This document shows, in pieces, positions 13,194 through 28,100 of a DNA stretch of 64,000 nucleotides. How positions within the stretch are numbered: the stretch's first letter is position 1; each line of letters opens with the position of its first letter. The notes under the pieces were generated by a model. That model saw only the letters and a list, made by a program, of their open reading frames with translations. It was not told the DNA's origin and did no database searches. The stretch comes from Balanoglossus misakiensis. Its lineage: Eukaryota; Animalia; Hemichordata. The position numbers and the translations under genes were made by a program. The DNA is taken from positions 2,207,745-2,271,744 of the forward strand of contig CM082591.2 of the NCBI GenBank assembly GCA_040954595.2, in the 5' to 3' direction.

Positions 13194-16100
13194 ATGGATT
13201 CAGAGGGTGAAGTTGTAGCCGAGGACGGCAAGAAAAGCGCAGTTGATATGTCAGAAATTCGGAGTTGGTGGGAAGTACCAGCGATCGCACATTTTTGCTC
13301 CTTGTTCCGGGCGGCGTTCAACCTGTCCGATTTTGAAATAGAGGTTAGTGTGTCGTACTTCTTGGCTGTCAATAACAATAATGTAATGACATTAAATCAT
13401 GCCGACATCAATACGGCGTATGTCTTGGTTATAAACTTGAAATTTTGGAAACGGGACGATACAGCAAAGTACTCGAAGTTGATGGTGGTTTTTGGTGGTC
13501 ATTCGAACTAAACCATGTTTTATTATTTCCTGTCCAATTTTTGAATATAACAACAGTTTTACTACATCAAACTATGGTTGATTGATGTAGTTATTGCCGT
13601 GGAGAAACGGATTTGTTGCTGTTTCAAATTTAGCAGTGTTTGTCCTTTTAAATGGCGTTTCATACGCCCTTGAATTTCATTCAGTTCCCCCAAGGTCTAT
13701 TGTTTACGTTCTCCTTGCGTGTATGTTTCCTGTCTATTTCATGTCGATTTCAACTTTTTTTCTGTCGGCTTGTTATAGGAATTGGAAGAAGCTTTTATAG
13801 CCGACAGCGAAGAGGAAACTAGTCCCTTTTTGGAGGATTTAATCGTCCGTCTTTTGCGAGGCTGTTACCAGCGGCGCGACATCACGTAAGTCGCACAAAC
13901 ATTTCTCTGTTAGGACGTGTACTGTAATACAACTGGTAGTTTTAACGGATATACAACGATTATGCGAGAAATGACGATTTAGTCAGCGTTAAACCCCTTC
14001 AAGCGGGGCAGGGTTGACATGAATCAAACTTAATCACGTACTTAATTTTTAAACAGATCGCAACTTTCGTTATGTTACGTGACTGTGTGTATAACTCGAG
14101 ATGGGCGACTCGCATGTTCCAAGGTTGCGTCCTAGCTTGTGTGTATCTAGATATGCAATGGCTTCGCAAACAATGCTCAGCTCATGGACATTCACTAAAG
14201 TTACTGTTGCCTTTTGCCGGAACGCGTGTGTTACAATTCTCGCCTTTCTCACCACCATTGTTCGACCATCAAGTGCAGAGGTTATGATCCACTTCTTGTG
14301 AGAATTAAATTTATTGTAAATAATTACTGAAAGGGTCAATCCCGTGTCAGCTTTTACACAAAGTGTACTATGCGTTTTAAGCGCCTCTATTGTTACCAAG
14401 CGTCCTTCCTTTTTGTTAGCACTCTGAAGTATTGCAAATATGATCACCGACTTTAAAATCATTTTCCTGGAATGAAATTTTTCCGATCTGAAGGTCTACT
14501 TAAGAACGGGTACTAAAGGAGCAATTAGCCTGTGGTTGAATTTTCAATTACAGTCGATAATCTGAAAAATTGGTGGAATTTATAGGATTTTAATGATTAG
14601 GAAAGTATCAACACATGATGGTGTACGTGTGTGTTTACATGTAGAGATGTGTGGGCTAGAAAGAAATGCATTGAAACTGAACACAAGTGCTCACGTAATG
14701 TTTATTATGATCACAGTTTGTAGGATCTATTTGCAAGTAACATTTACTATTTTATTAGTAGAAAGTTACTTGAGATCCATTTAATCACCCATTTTAAATT
14801 AATGACCCATTTGAAAAGCGAAAGTCAGCAGGCATTGCGACTATAGTAAAATTCACTTTCCAGGTTTATTCAGCTCTACTACATATGTTAATTTCAGTCA
14901 TTCATAAGTGTGGTCATGTGATATTTATTGACTGGTGGGCTCGTACATTGTGGAGATCTACGGTAATTTAAATAAAGAGACCCGATTTCTCACAAGATGC
15001 AGTGGAAGAGACAATCTGTTATCTCAAGAACTGAATTTGATCTACTAATGGACAGTTTATTGCGAATGGCTACAAAGTGGCTGCATTATTCCTCACTCAC
15101 GAACGATTTCCTTGACTCATATTTTTTTCCATACGCTGAAAGAGGACTGACTCAAAATCCCAATAATTCCTAAATTGATCGAAAGAGCCAGGAAATCTTG
15201 TTAGACATGACGCACAGTACACCGTGCCATAGTTGTTCGGTCCCTACATAAATCAATGATAACTTTTTTTTCATTCTTGCCAATTACTGCATTAAAAAGG
15301 ATGATTTGATTTATTAGTAATAAGTCATTTTACTTCCAGTACAATGATTTTTGGAAAACGGGTGTTGTTTGATTTCAAGTAGAACTGTCAAACAAACATC
15401 AATGGGTCTTGGTTCTTTTTGTACAAGATTATTCCAGTAATTTTTCTGCTAAATGTTTGTCCTTGGCCCTTTGTAAGTTTGTGTACAGTATCTACTACAA
15501 CACCCAGTTGGTTTAGGCAATAAAGGGTACATTTATGATGTTTATACACTCTTTTTTGAAAATCAGTGAAGCCAAAATTTATTGTCCGTTCTTAAAAAAA
15601 TCATACTGAATAATTTATTAAGAGTGTGGTTTTGCTTTGGTTAGCTTCTCACATCCCCAAAGAATGTATTCAACCAGCATCCTGGAGGCAAATTGTAGAA
15701 TACACTGTATGTAGGGACAAGATGTCCATACAATATACTACGAAACAGATGTATAGGTACATTTAAAATTAGAAATTGCAAGTACGGGTCGCTTGTATCA
15801 ATTATTTAAGTAATTTTAACTGTTCATATAATTTTTTTATTTCCAAACATTTACAATATCGTAAATCGTGAATCATACCAGGGATCCAAATAGTAACATA
15901 GGGGTATATGATGTGATTTGATTATAACTGTTAGTGTATTTTAATGTGAGATTAATCACCCAAAATTAAATTAACAGAACAATACTGTTGACAATAGCAT
16001 TGTTTTGAAGTAACAAAATGCGTTTAGCGGTTAGTTAGAGATAATAGTACGCGCCACTGATGGTGTTTTGAATCTGATTTCACTTGTCAGACAAAGGGTT

Positions 16101-19100
16101 TGAATTTGGTAGTGAATGTGTGCGTTGAGCGTGGGGTCGAAAGAAAAGCGTTGGTCACACACAGAGTTCAATTCAAAAGCCCCCTGAATAGTGGTTTATT
16201 TAAATATTTCTCATCAGTATTTTAATTTTCGTTTAATTCCATTCCACATGTACGTTTCTCAGGCGGGCGAAAATGGATAAAAAAATTGCCACGTGCATTC
16301 AGTACCATTGTGGTCACATGCAGCTGTTTGCTGTACGATGCACTCTTGTTTTCGCATGTGGAGTTCTTCAATGATAACAACACCATCAATGCAAGTCAGA
16401 CTAAGACCAAGAAAATGATATATTTGCAGATGTTTTGTTTGTAGAAGTTATTTCAAAACAGGTCCTGTGTGACAGGAAGTGAGGTTTCCACATTGGACAG
16501 GGTTCATCTTCTTGGACGGACTTCACTGTTGTATACTATACATGTACCTGGCTTCCACTGTGGTGCTTAGATGTGCTTGGCTGCCACACAGTACAGTGAA
16601 AACATGTACCTGGTAGTGCTTCTTCTGTACATGGATGTAGAACACTCTCCCATCATGATGTATGGGAATATTATTTGTATCTCTATGATGCATTGGTTGG
16701 CATAAAAGGTTATAACTGCCATACGGCCTACCCTTTTTCTATGATTTATAGGTTTACTCAGTATTTTATTTCTTACAATTAGTGTATAAATATGCAAATT
16801 GTATTCAATTATATTTCAATTTCATCTAGAAATTGCAATGTTTCCCTTTTTACCTAATTAGGACTTATCACACGCAGCTGGTGTAGCACTAAAATGGACT
16901 TCAATAATTCATGGTACGCTAATCCAATGTTGGCCCGTGGGATATATACTTTCACCATGACCTACATACATACACGCAGCATAACGCATTGCTGTCATTG
17001 ACCTAGATGGAATTGACCACTCAGGATTGCCAATAAAAGTAATTCATGCGTTTGCTTTCCATGACTACAGCAGTATACATGTACTTTTATTATGACTTAT
17101 GACTACACATGTACTATGACTTCAAATCTAACGACTATGAGTTCTGAAGTTTAATTCCTATTAATTTATGTTGGGATGATTGTGTGTGTGTATGTCAAAA
17201 AAAACTCCCAACAGACAAATAATTCATTTGTACGCAACAAACTACGATATGCGAGATTTTAGCGTCAGAGACTGAAATATGTAAATCAGTCATACAGTTA
17301 CTCTCATGGCATGGTACATGTAGTTAGAAGTAAGTAAATAGAATAATAACGTATTCCTGTATTTGCAATTGGGAACGCAGTGTCACTGTGACATAGATGT
17401 AGTAGTTCGTAATGTGTACGTGTATGTAGGTCACATATTTGCACATGCTTGATCCTGTCAGCACTTTGAGTGGTACTACAGTTAATGGGAGAATATGAAC
17501 TTGAATTAAATTTAATGGAAAGAAAATTACAATGTTCAGGAAAATTAGGTCGAATGCCACCTACTGTATTCTGTCAGTGTATCTTTGTCAAGCTATTAAT
17601 TCTCAGTTGAAGCCTTTCCCACTGGGAACATTTCAAAAGTACATCTTTTATTGGATTGCCATTTGTAAATTGAAGGATATATAGTATGTTGTCATGGTGT
17701 GTGGCCAGCATTTGTCATCTCGGGTGTGCTCAGAATGCACAAAATGATTCTGAAAACATTGGCATTTTCACTTCAGTTTAAAATGCATTTTCTCATCATC
17801 AGATGTTTTTTGCTATTCTGCAAATTATGAAAAAAAGTCAGATGGTACAAACCCTCTGATATCATCCTGGGAGGGGGGCTAAGAAGATATACAGTAACCA
17901 AATTGTATTTTGATATTCCATACATCAAAATGGAAGCGCAGTGTCATTTGGCGCTATATCTATGAATGGATTTCCTGTTTCTTTCCTCCCCTTACTGGTG
18001 ACTTCCTGTTGTCAACAGATTGCCCATCCCTGAAGCCTCACAAGTCTCAACCCACGTACATCTTTGTTCTGATTCTCAGAATTCTGGTTATACAGTGTTT
18101 CTTCGAATCATGGAATATTAGTTGGGTTTGACAGTTGGGAGACAATTAAATAAGGCTATACAATAATTTTGAGTTGTCTCTCACCAAAGCATTGTGTAGT
18201 TGAAATTGTCTGACAACTGCATGGACGAGCAATTATTTTTAGACTTGCATGTACAAGCCTCAGGGCTGGTCCTCTCTCTCTAAGCCCTGTTAGTCAATAT
18301 TTCACTGACTGGTAAAATATTCACCAGTTTGTAAGCTAATTTAAACAAAATAATACTTGTCCAGTCATAAAAAAAACCCTCGCTTGTGAGCTCAGGTGAC
18401 TGAATTTATACATCTCCGAATCAACAACCTACTACGATGATTTATATCAACCAGGCCTCCCCTGTTTTGCCCAGAGTAGTTGGGTTATATTAAGATGACC
18501 CAACACGATCCCTTCCAACAAGATCGACCCAAAATAATGGTGTAATAAAGTTTCATGAGTAAAGGTTTGTTGGTTCTGTCATGAGTAGAATGCCCCTTTT
18601 CTTTTTGTGTTCGGACACAAGCAACAAAGCCACAAGAAACATGCACAGCTTTGTCATGGGAACTTTATTAACCACCCGCTGTAGTTTTGTTAGTTTTTCT
18701 CCAGGAATTCTTCGGATAATAAAGCAATAAAAACAATGTCAAGGCCGAGGTAATGAATCTGTCACCTGTTGAAAGAACCACTTCTGGGTGTTAAGAGAAT
18801 AAAGCGTAAATCTTTCCCAATTTGCATACGAGTAGACCATGCGTTGATTTCAGCGCGTTGATTTCCAGTGTACATTTCTCTGACGAAAGTACGAGCAAGA
18901 GTCGGCATTGGCAAATGAATTCACTTTTCAGGCTTTTTATGCTGTCGCTAAATTTCCATTGAAGCGACAGTGAACATCGGCTGTTGTAAAAATTTATTTG
19001 TGTTTTTGACAAAAGGCAGACCACACTCAATAATACCTGTCAGGTTTTCCATTGTTAATCCTGTAATGCATCTGATTAAATATGAAGCACTCAATACAAA

Positions 19101-22100
19101 TGGGAGACCTTGACATTTAAAATGCTTTTGTTATCATTTTTAATATCATAACAGAATAAATGATGCGATTGACCTACCTTATCAAAGCAACCATTAGTTT
19201 ATTCATACATCAGGCAATTAGGGTATTAATTTCTTCAGCTTTTTCAAGATCCAAGCACCCAGTGGAGAAAATGTATTTACACAACCCACAGGATGATTGT
19301 GGTACAGGTGCGATTTTGAAAAACTGAAATAGGTTTTTAACCCTTTCTGCCCCATTTCCCCATATAGAGGTCCAACTTTATCATAGAAAACAATGGAGTT
19401 GGACAAAAACATGGTGATGAAAGGGTTAAAAATAGTTTAATTTCTGTATTTTATTGAGCATATAAAAATTGAAGTACCTTGTAAGTTGATAATCAGCAGA
19501 TGAACACTCTAATTAAAAATGATATCTGCTGTTATAGTTCATAATAACATACCTGGGTAATTACATGTTTTAAAATGAAGATGAACCTGTCTGTGAAGGT
19601 AGATAAAAGCTCACGCACAATACGACTAAAAGTCGTGACCAATATATTGAGTCTTATCTGTACCATTTAAAAATAATTTCAAAAATAACCTTTGATATTT
19701 TCTCATAAATGTCAATAAAACGTATTTGTATTTTCCGTTGATGAGCCATCTGTGGTTAGTCATCGGGGCGATTTCTCCTGCAAGCTGTTTGTATGGATTC
19801 AGGAAATGAGGGGGGGGGGGTCAGGGGTCTGTTTACTGTTGATGGCAATGAATGTGGGGAAAACAAATCATATTTAGCAACATGTGCGTAGCTGTACACA
19901 GGATGTTGACCAAAGAAAGCTCAAGTGATTCCTGGCAATAATTGTACACCTGGAAATAAAATTCTACTGTAGAGTGGGTGTTCCATCAAACAAAATGGCC
20001 ATAATCATAATAACTTGACACATTAGCATTCAAATGTAGCATTGAATAATAGGCCTTACTGTAATTAATTATGTACAATGGATACAGTGCTGTATGGAAA
20101 TTGCCCTAATTATCATGTTCAGGGGTGTCATGGTGTAAATGACTATTGTCAATCAAACAAACATTGAGTAACAAAAACTTGTCACAACCAAGGTGTGGAG
20201 AACTTTTATAAATATGCCAGGTGTCAGTATTTTCCTCAGGAATAATTTGCATAATCGTAACAATATATCAAATTGTTATGATAATGAGTTCCTATTGTCT
20301 TCCCCAAATTAAGATTATCAGCCAATTTAATTTTTCTAGGTAGAGCACTGGGTGTGTAACACAAATTGTCATGCAGTTGGCCAAGATGCACTGTATTAGT
20401 TATCTGTGCATTTGATGTGGACATACTTAAATTTTAAATTGTGTTTGATAACCTTTAACTCTTGTGTTGTTGGGAGTAATTCAGTCCACTGAATGGGCTC
20501 AGGTGTTTAGTCACCCACATTCAGTTTTCACAAAAGGGTCTGGATATTGTGGCTTGTGTATTATTAGGCTCGTCATAAAAGAACAAGAAAGCAGTGAATA
20601 CATTTTCTTGTTCGCAAGCTATCATGTGTACTGTTTATTTTGTATGCATGTAATTCTGAACTTGACTTTGTGTATTGTGACTGTGGTCTCATGGCTCTCT
20701 ACTGATTCAAATTTAATATTTTTATATTCACCAAGGATTATGGAAACTCTGGCCTATTAACAGTTCCATCAAAATAAATTGCAACTCATCAACACATGAG
20801 AAAAGTGAGAAATATTGCTGCGTGTTAAAATTAAAATATCAAAACTCGCTGAGAAATTTTATGGTTTCTCGGAAGAAATGATACTCAGCTTTGATGAACA
20901 AAGACATTCAGATTTGTATTATCGTTAACGATAGACTGTAGAAAATAAGGCCAATTTCTTTCTATACATTGCAGATATGAAAAGTATGAAGTGTATTTAC
21001 AAGACATCATAACGCATCGCATGCACCGGGAAGAAGGCAAGACGAACCTGTTAGAAGAACAGCCATTCCACAGATTGCCTGTGAGAAATAAAGTAGAGAT
21101 TATTCACGCATTATGTAACTATAGATTAGACGCTGATGATGTAGCTGATGTTCTCAAGGTAAGTTGGTATCATGAGATAAGCAGGTTTCTGAACATTTCT
21201 GGGAAGGGTTGGAGATTTCTTGGAATTTCGTACAAGTCCTTGAAAAAGTAAACTTACTTCTGAAAGTCTAGGAAGAGTCATTTTAATCCACAAATAAAAG
21301 TAAAAGAAATGTCAATACTTTCCCCTCACAAATATATTTCTTAGACATCTATACAATTCTATTAAATTTTTATTGAAGTTTATTGAATTTCCATGTATGT
21401 CTGTAGATTTCTATGTAGTTTTCAAGCCTATTTCTGAATGTACTTATACGAGATGATTGATTCTTGTCGTTCAGGGCCTAGAAGCTGATAGCTTGCGAGT
21501 AGAACCACTAGGGCACGACAGTAAGAAAGCGACATATTGGTATTTCTATGGTACAAGACTTTACAAGGAGAATTACATTGATCCGGAAGAAGAGAAGAAG
21601 AAAAAGAAAAAAGAAAGGTAAGTTGTATTTTAGTGTTCTTTTCCATTATGCTAACAATGGGATGGCTATTTGTGTCATTATTTATGTAGCCTGGTATAGT
21701 TTGTGCTGTGTATTTTGCTAACCCATCTTTGCCTTGGGTTAGCCCAGGGCCAGCACTGTAAGACATTTCTGCTCTGTACTGTAAATGGCAATGAATGAAG
21801 AGAGAAAGGGCTATCTGTCACTCTGATTACAACCTTGCTTCAGAGTAGTCCATTATCTGATTGAATCAAATTGAACTGGATATGTTATCGATTTCCCATG
21901 TGACAATATTCCTATCTTCCCTGAAAATGGGAACTTTGATCAGTTCTTGATAATGCACACTCATTGTGTCAGTGTTAGCCACATCCAGTTTTCCAGCAAA
22001 ATCCCTACATTTTCCTGTGCTCAATAAAATACGGAATGAGGGAAATTGATTGGAAAATATTCCACATATTTGTTGATTTAGGGAAAAGGAGAAGAGAAGA

Positions 22101-25100
22101 AGAAAAAAAGAACAAGAGAAAGCCAAGAGGAAAAAGCAAAAAGCCAAAGAAAAAGCTGCCAAACAAAAACTGAAGAAAAAAGAGAAGGAAAAGAAGAAGA
22201 GAGGACAGAAGAAAAAATATCAAGAGCAAAAGTAAGTAGTTTGTGGCAAGAACTATTTTCGCCATCCATGTTTGTCTGACTGGCCTACACACACACACAC
22301 ACACACACACTGTACACTCTCAGTGTACATATATTGCACACATTATAGTGACTACACGTTTTGTGTACACTGAGCTTGAAGTCGCTAATTACCTATTCAT
22401 AGTAATATCACCTGAATTTGTTCCTTGTTGACAGACAAGAGAAGCAAAAAACAAAATCTCCCAGAGGAAGGAAGCGGAAAGCGATGGAGGAACCAGAAAT
22501 CTCATCAAACCGCAAGGAGTTGGAGGATGATCATGAAAACGGTTGCCCGGCAACAGAGGATGATGAAGACAATGTGTGTGAGAATGGCCAGTGTGAGGAT
22601 TCAGTTGACGAGGAAGGTGACCGTGACAGTCGCCGTCGGACGAAGACGAGAAACAATGAAATTAAATGCAACATATCGAAACCAAAGAAATCTGAAATAC
22701 AGGAGTGCGAGTCCAGCGATGATGAAGGAGAAGATGATAGCGTTAGTCGACCACCAAAGAAATTGAAAAAGTGTGTTGTGAGTAGTGAGTCGGACAGTGA
22801 TGATAATCAGCCATTGAGTATGTGTAGGACTCCAATCAAGCAAGCCAATAACATATCGCAGGATTCCAGGACAAAACTCCACAAGCATAGCAATATTAAT
22901 AGCATTAAGGTGGACAGGGACACAGGGTCTGCTGTGAAAAGTGAGACGAACTCTGGTGTGTGTGGACGTGAGAAAGCAAGTGGACTTTGCAATAGCACTG
23001 ATAAGCTCAATGATGTGAAGGTTAAACAGGAGCTCAGAGAGGACGTTAGTGACAGTGACGATGATGGTGATGATGACAGTGATGTGGGAGCGAAACTGAT
23101 TAAAGAAGAAAAGAGGGATCGTATCGCTGAATACGATGCAGAGACGGATATTGAACAGGAGTCTGGTGATGATGACGATGACAGCGATGATGACGACAGT
23201 ACACCAAGGAGCAAGCCTCCCAAATCAAAGGGAATATCCCCGAATCCGGCGAAAAGTACTCCGGGGAAAGGTTACCATGGAGACAAGGAAAATATGCATA
23301 AAAATCAGAGAACACCTGCGAAAGAGACAAATGATCATTGTCGGAAAGGGGACACGCCGCAGTCGGGCAAAGCAAAGAAAAGAGGGAGGCCCAGGAAGGA
23401 GGAGGAGAAAAACAAACAGTATAAAAGCCAGGAATTTATTGACACCAGTGATGACAGCGACGAGGAAGTGGACAAGCCAAAGAAAAAGATTCGGACGAAA
23501 CATTCGGAATCTGCCAAAGTTGTGGAGAAACGCAAGCACGATCGGAAGAAGAAAGGGAGCGAGGCGAAAGTCGGGAAGAAGCGAGGGAGAAAGCCAAAGA
23601 TGGAGAGCAAAGTGAAGGAAGAGAGCGAGAGTGAGAGCGAGGAGACAGAGATCGAGGAGGCGGACGTGGACACTCCTAAGTGGCAGTTGATTTGCGAAAC
23701 TGCCGAAGACTGGGAGAGATTGGCAGAGACATTCAAGAAGAGTAAAGCTGTGTGTGAAAGGCAACTGTACAAGACACTGATTGAGGATTTCGTGCCTGAA
23801 ATAGCTGAAATGATGGTGGCTAAGGTATGTGTTTCATTTATCATGATTGAGACAATGATTATTACAATACAGATCTTCATTTAAGCTCCACTCTGACTTG
23901 ATATTTTCTGAATAGTTCAACAAACTCCTGTGATATTTTAGGTTCATAGCAACTATTAACAGATGACAGTGTAAATGATCATTCTGCAAACGTGGCTTTT
24001 TAAAACAAAATTCTGTTGTGCATTTTCATAACTAGGAAAGGGAAATGCGGAAGAAATTAACTGCAGAGTTTGCACCAAGAAGAACTTCATCCAGACTGGA
24101 GACCAAGAGAGTTGTACAGGAAGAAGAGGTAACAATGATGTCTATATTAGTCTTTGCGGTCTACATATCCTTGAAAGGGATAATAATTTTCGGAAAGAAA
24201 AACATATTGGTGCACATGAACTTGGGTGGACCGTCATAATTCAAACTTCTTTGAAAACAATATCTGATTCATCTTTATTTTGTGCAGTGGCTCATTCAAA
24301 TACGATCACTGGAACATAATTACGTTATTTTATTATATCACGAAGGGAAATGGTACCCCTTTGAATACATCAGCTGACGGCATATTTGACATGTGTTTGC
24401 AGGAGAAGATGGCTGCAATCGCGGCCGTGGAAGAAGCCAAGTGGAGACAAGAGGATGAGGAGAAGAGACGGGAGGAGAGAGAACTGATGCTGGAGGAACG
24501 GAGAGTGAGAGAGAGAGAGGAGAGACAGATGGCTAGAGAAGGTACATTTGTACATCACATTTTGTTGTCAGGCAGAAATTAAGTAATAATTTGGGGACAA
24601 TTCGAGACAGAAAAAGAAGTGACGAAGGCTTGTCTGAAATAACCATTTTTCCAATTTTCCTTCTTGTAGAAAGAGCCCGCCGTGCCCGCATTCGAGAAGA
24701 AAAAGCCTATCTTATATCTCAGGGGAAAGAACTACCACCAGAACTGTTGAATGCTGATACAAAATCTCCAAGGGTATCCAGGAAAACAGTCATGGAAGAT
24801 GATGATGATTACACTGAATTGGATGAGATTTATATTGGACTCTTCAGAGGTAAGAATGACTGCAGTTGTCTGTCTGTTCTTGATTTTGATCTTTAGGTCC
24901 ATGATTTGAATCCTAGAAATAAACCTTGCTTCATAACTGTTATCCATGATGCTGACGATTAAGGTCAGATTGCTAATCATGTTTTCTTTTCATCAACCAG
25001 TAATTGATACAGTGAGAGCTCATGAAGATGCCTGGCCCTTTGCTGAACCAGTTGATGAATCCTATGCACCTGGTTACTACGACATTATCGAGGACCCTAT

Positions 25101-28100
25101 GGATTTGTCAACGATGGAGAAGAAACTGAACCAGAAGAAGTACACAACAAAAGAAGAGTTTGTGGCTGATTTCAATTTACTGGTGGAAAACTGCGAAGAG
25201 TACAATGGTTCAGACAGCGAATACACCCAGATGGCGGATAACCTGTCCAGATGCTTCAAGAAAAACATGGCGAAAGAATTTCCGAATGAAGACAATGATA
25301 GCGACGATGAATATCAGGTGGGCGAGGATGTGGAACCGGTCAGTTCTAAGAAACCCAAGAAGGCGTTTTCCAGTCAAGGCTTGAAGGATTTGGAGATTAC
25401 TGCGAATAAGATGTTGAGTAATCTTAAAGGCGAGGATAGTAGTCGTGAAGGAAGTCCTCTTCATGGTCTTGTGGATGGAACGATGTCGCGTGTCTTGCCT
25501 CCAGTGCCTTTCATGGGAGACCAGGTCACGATCACGCGCATACGCAATGGTGAAAACCCAGCTGGACAGATACTGCCACCACACATGATGGGCCAGCCAC
25601 CGTTCCCACCTGGTCATCCGGGATACAGACCAATGAACGGTCAGCCAGCGTACAGACCAGGCCAACCAGGCAACCCACAGTACATGCCTCAAGGATACCC
25701 GCCAGGCCAGCCAGGACCGCCGTACTATCCCGGGGACGGCGCAAACCGGCCACAGATGACCAGAGATCAAATCCATCAACAGTACTGGAATAACTACCAC
25801 GCTCGGAACATGCAGCAGAGACCCGGAGGGATGCCTCATGACCCAAGGCAGCCCATGCCAGGACAGATGCCTCGACCTATGATGCCAGGCGATCAGCGAC
25901 ACATGGGACCGGGAGACCCCATGATGAGACCAATGATGCCTTCTAATCAGATGCCAAGACCTGGGGATGATATGCCAAGGCCCATGATGCCAGGCGAGGT
26001 GGCACCCAGACCAATGATGCCAGGTGATATGGCATCAAGACAAGTGGTACCTGGTGATGCAGTGCCAAGGCCCATGATGCCAGAGGGTGTTGTACCGAGA
26101 CCCATGATGCCAGGGGATGCGGAACCGAGACCAATGGGACCTGTTGATATACGACCAAGGCCCATGATGCCTGGAGAGCAAGTACCAGAGCCGATGATGC
26201 CAGGCAGTGGTCACCAAAGACCTGGGATGCCAAGCAATGAAATTCCGAGGCCCATGATGCCTGACGGCCAGGTGCCAAGGCCAATGTCAGCAGATGGCCA
26301 GATGCCACCGTCCACAATGCCTGGTGGGCAGATTCTCAGATCCATGATGCCAGGTAGCCAAATGCTGAGACCCGTAATGCCTGACTCCCAGATGCCAAGG
26401 CCCATGGTTTCAGACGGCCAGGTGCCAAGGCATATGTTACCAGATGGCCTTATACCAAGACCCGTAATGCCAGGTGACCAAGTACCAGGAGATGAATCGC
26501 AAAAGCCAGTTGTGCCAGGCGCCCAGCCACAAAGACCTGCAGGTATGATGCCAGGAAACCAAAGACCAGGTGTTCCACACCAACTTCAGCAGCATTTACA
26601 ACGAGATATGTCTCCTCACAAGCATCAAATGATTCCAACATCACAGGATATGGCTGACAAGGGTATACCTACTCCACAGCGTCCTGGCTATCCAGGCAGT
26701 CCAATGCACCGTTCAAATGTCCCTCCTGGTCAACTACGGGATGCCCAGAGCCCTATGCAGCAAGGCATACCACCCCAGCATCAAAATCCAATGCTCCACG
26801 GTCATCAGCCGCAGTATGATGCGTACATGAAAGGCAGAGGGCCTTGGAATCCGCATTATCAACCAAGGATGGCTGCAAGCCCACAGCGACCACCTCACCC
26901 TCAACAAGCAATGATCGGAAGTCCTCAGAGACCTACACAGTCGCAGCAGAACATGATAGACCTGAATCAGCACAGGATGAGAAACCCGCAGTGGAACAAC
27001 AGAATGGAAGGCCCGAATCACAATGTGCCGCAAGAGACCCAGAATGTACCAGAGCAAGGCAAAGACGCGAAGTCCGAGACCCACGGTTTGGCGGGCAGAC
27101 CTCAAGGAATGTCACCACAGATGCCGTCCCATCCTCAAGACGTATCACCCGGCTCTAACACTGCACCACCAAATTCTCAAGGCTTACCACCCCATTCTCA
27201 GAATATGCCACCACACTCTCAAGGGATGCTGCCATATTCTCAAGGCATGCCACCACATTCTCAAGGCATGCCACCAAATTCTCAAGGCATGCCACCACAT
27301 TCTCAAGGCATGCCACCAAATTCTCAAGGCATGCCACCAAATTCTCAAGGCATGCCACCCCATTCTCAAAGTTTGCCACCAAACTCTCAAGGCATGCCAC
27401 CACCACAATTTCAGACCTCACCGATGCATGGGGATAACAGACCAACAACATATCCAGACGTTCCTCCACATTCCAAAAGCCAACCGTCAGTACCACAGCC
27501 TTCCGGGCACCCTGTGTCCCGGCAAAACCTTTCCAGCGGCCCTCCCTCCAAGGAAAGCCGTCCAACGGACAATACTGCCTCTGAGACAATCCAGATGCAG
27601 AACGCAACATCTCAGGCCAATCAGAATACCAAGGATTCATCGACAGCCACAAGCTCTCAAAACTCAGGACAGCCAAATGAATCAAGCAGCCAGGCGTCTC
27701 TTTCAACTGCCTTACATTCCAAAGTACAGTCGAGTAAATTAGTCAGCCCTCCTCTCAAGTCTCCGTCTTCCATTAATAAAACACACGATGCCTTCGTCAA
27801 TGAGTTTCTACAGTTTTCCAAGGGGAGGGACAGCAAACAGGCAAATCCCGGGGCCAAAGGTGACGCCCGTAAGAAAGACCAAAATGGCGGTGGTGGTGGT
27901 GGAAAATCAAAGACCAATAGCAAGCCTTCGAAAGTGCTGAAGACATCTGTGCCCGACTTGGTGCCAGTGTCGTTCACAGCAAATGGACCGCAACATGCAA
28001 ATGAAGTGGGCAAATCGGCAAATTTGCATCTTAATGGACCAATCACAACTCAGGGAAATAAGCGTGACGTCAATAGCGTTAGTTCTTGCCCGCCCTTGAC

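Noticed and set aside
18943-18970. Hairpin ctgtcgct-N13-agcgacag as terminator or ncRNA
   Set aside because: Only an 8-bp stem in a 7-kb intron; compatible with chance.
22807-23880. Minus-strand Ser/Leu/Phe-rich ORFs
   Set aside because: Antisense shadows of the Lys/Glu/Asp-rich CECR2 exon.
27023-27742. Repetitive ILKACHH and MWWHALR ORFs
   Set aside because: Alternative-frame readings of the 21-bp coding repeat.
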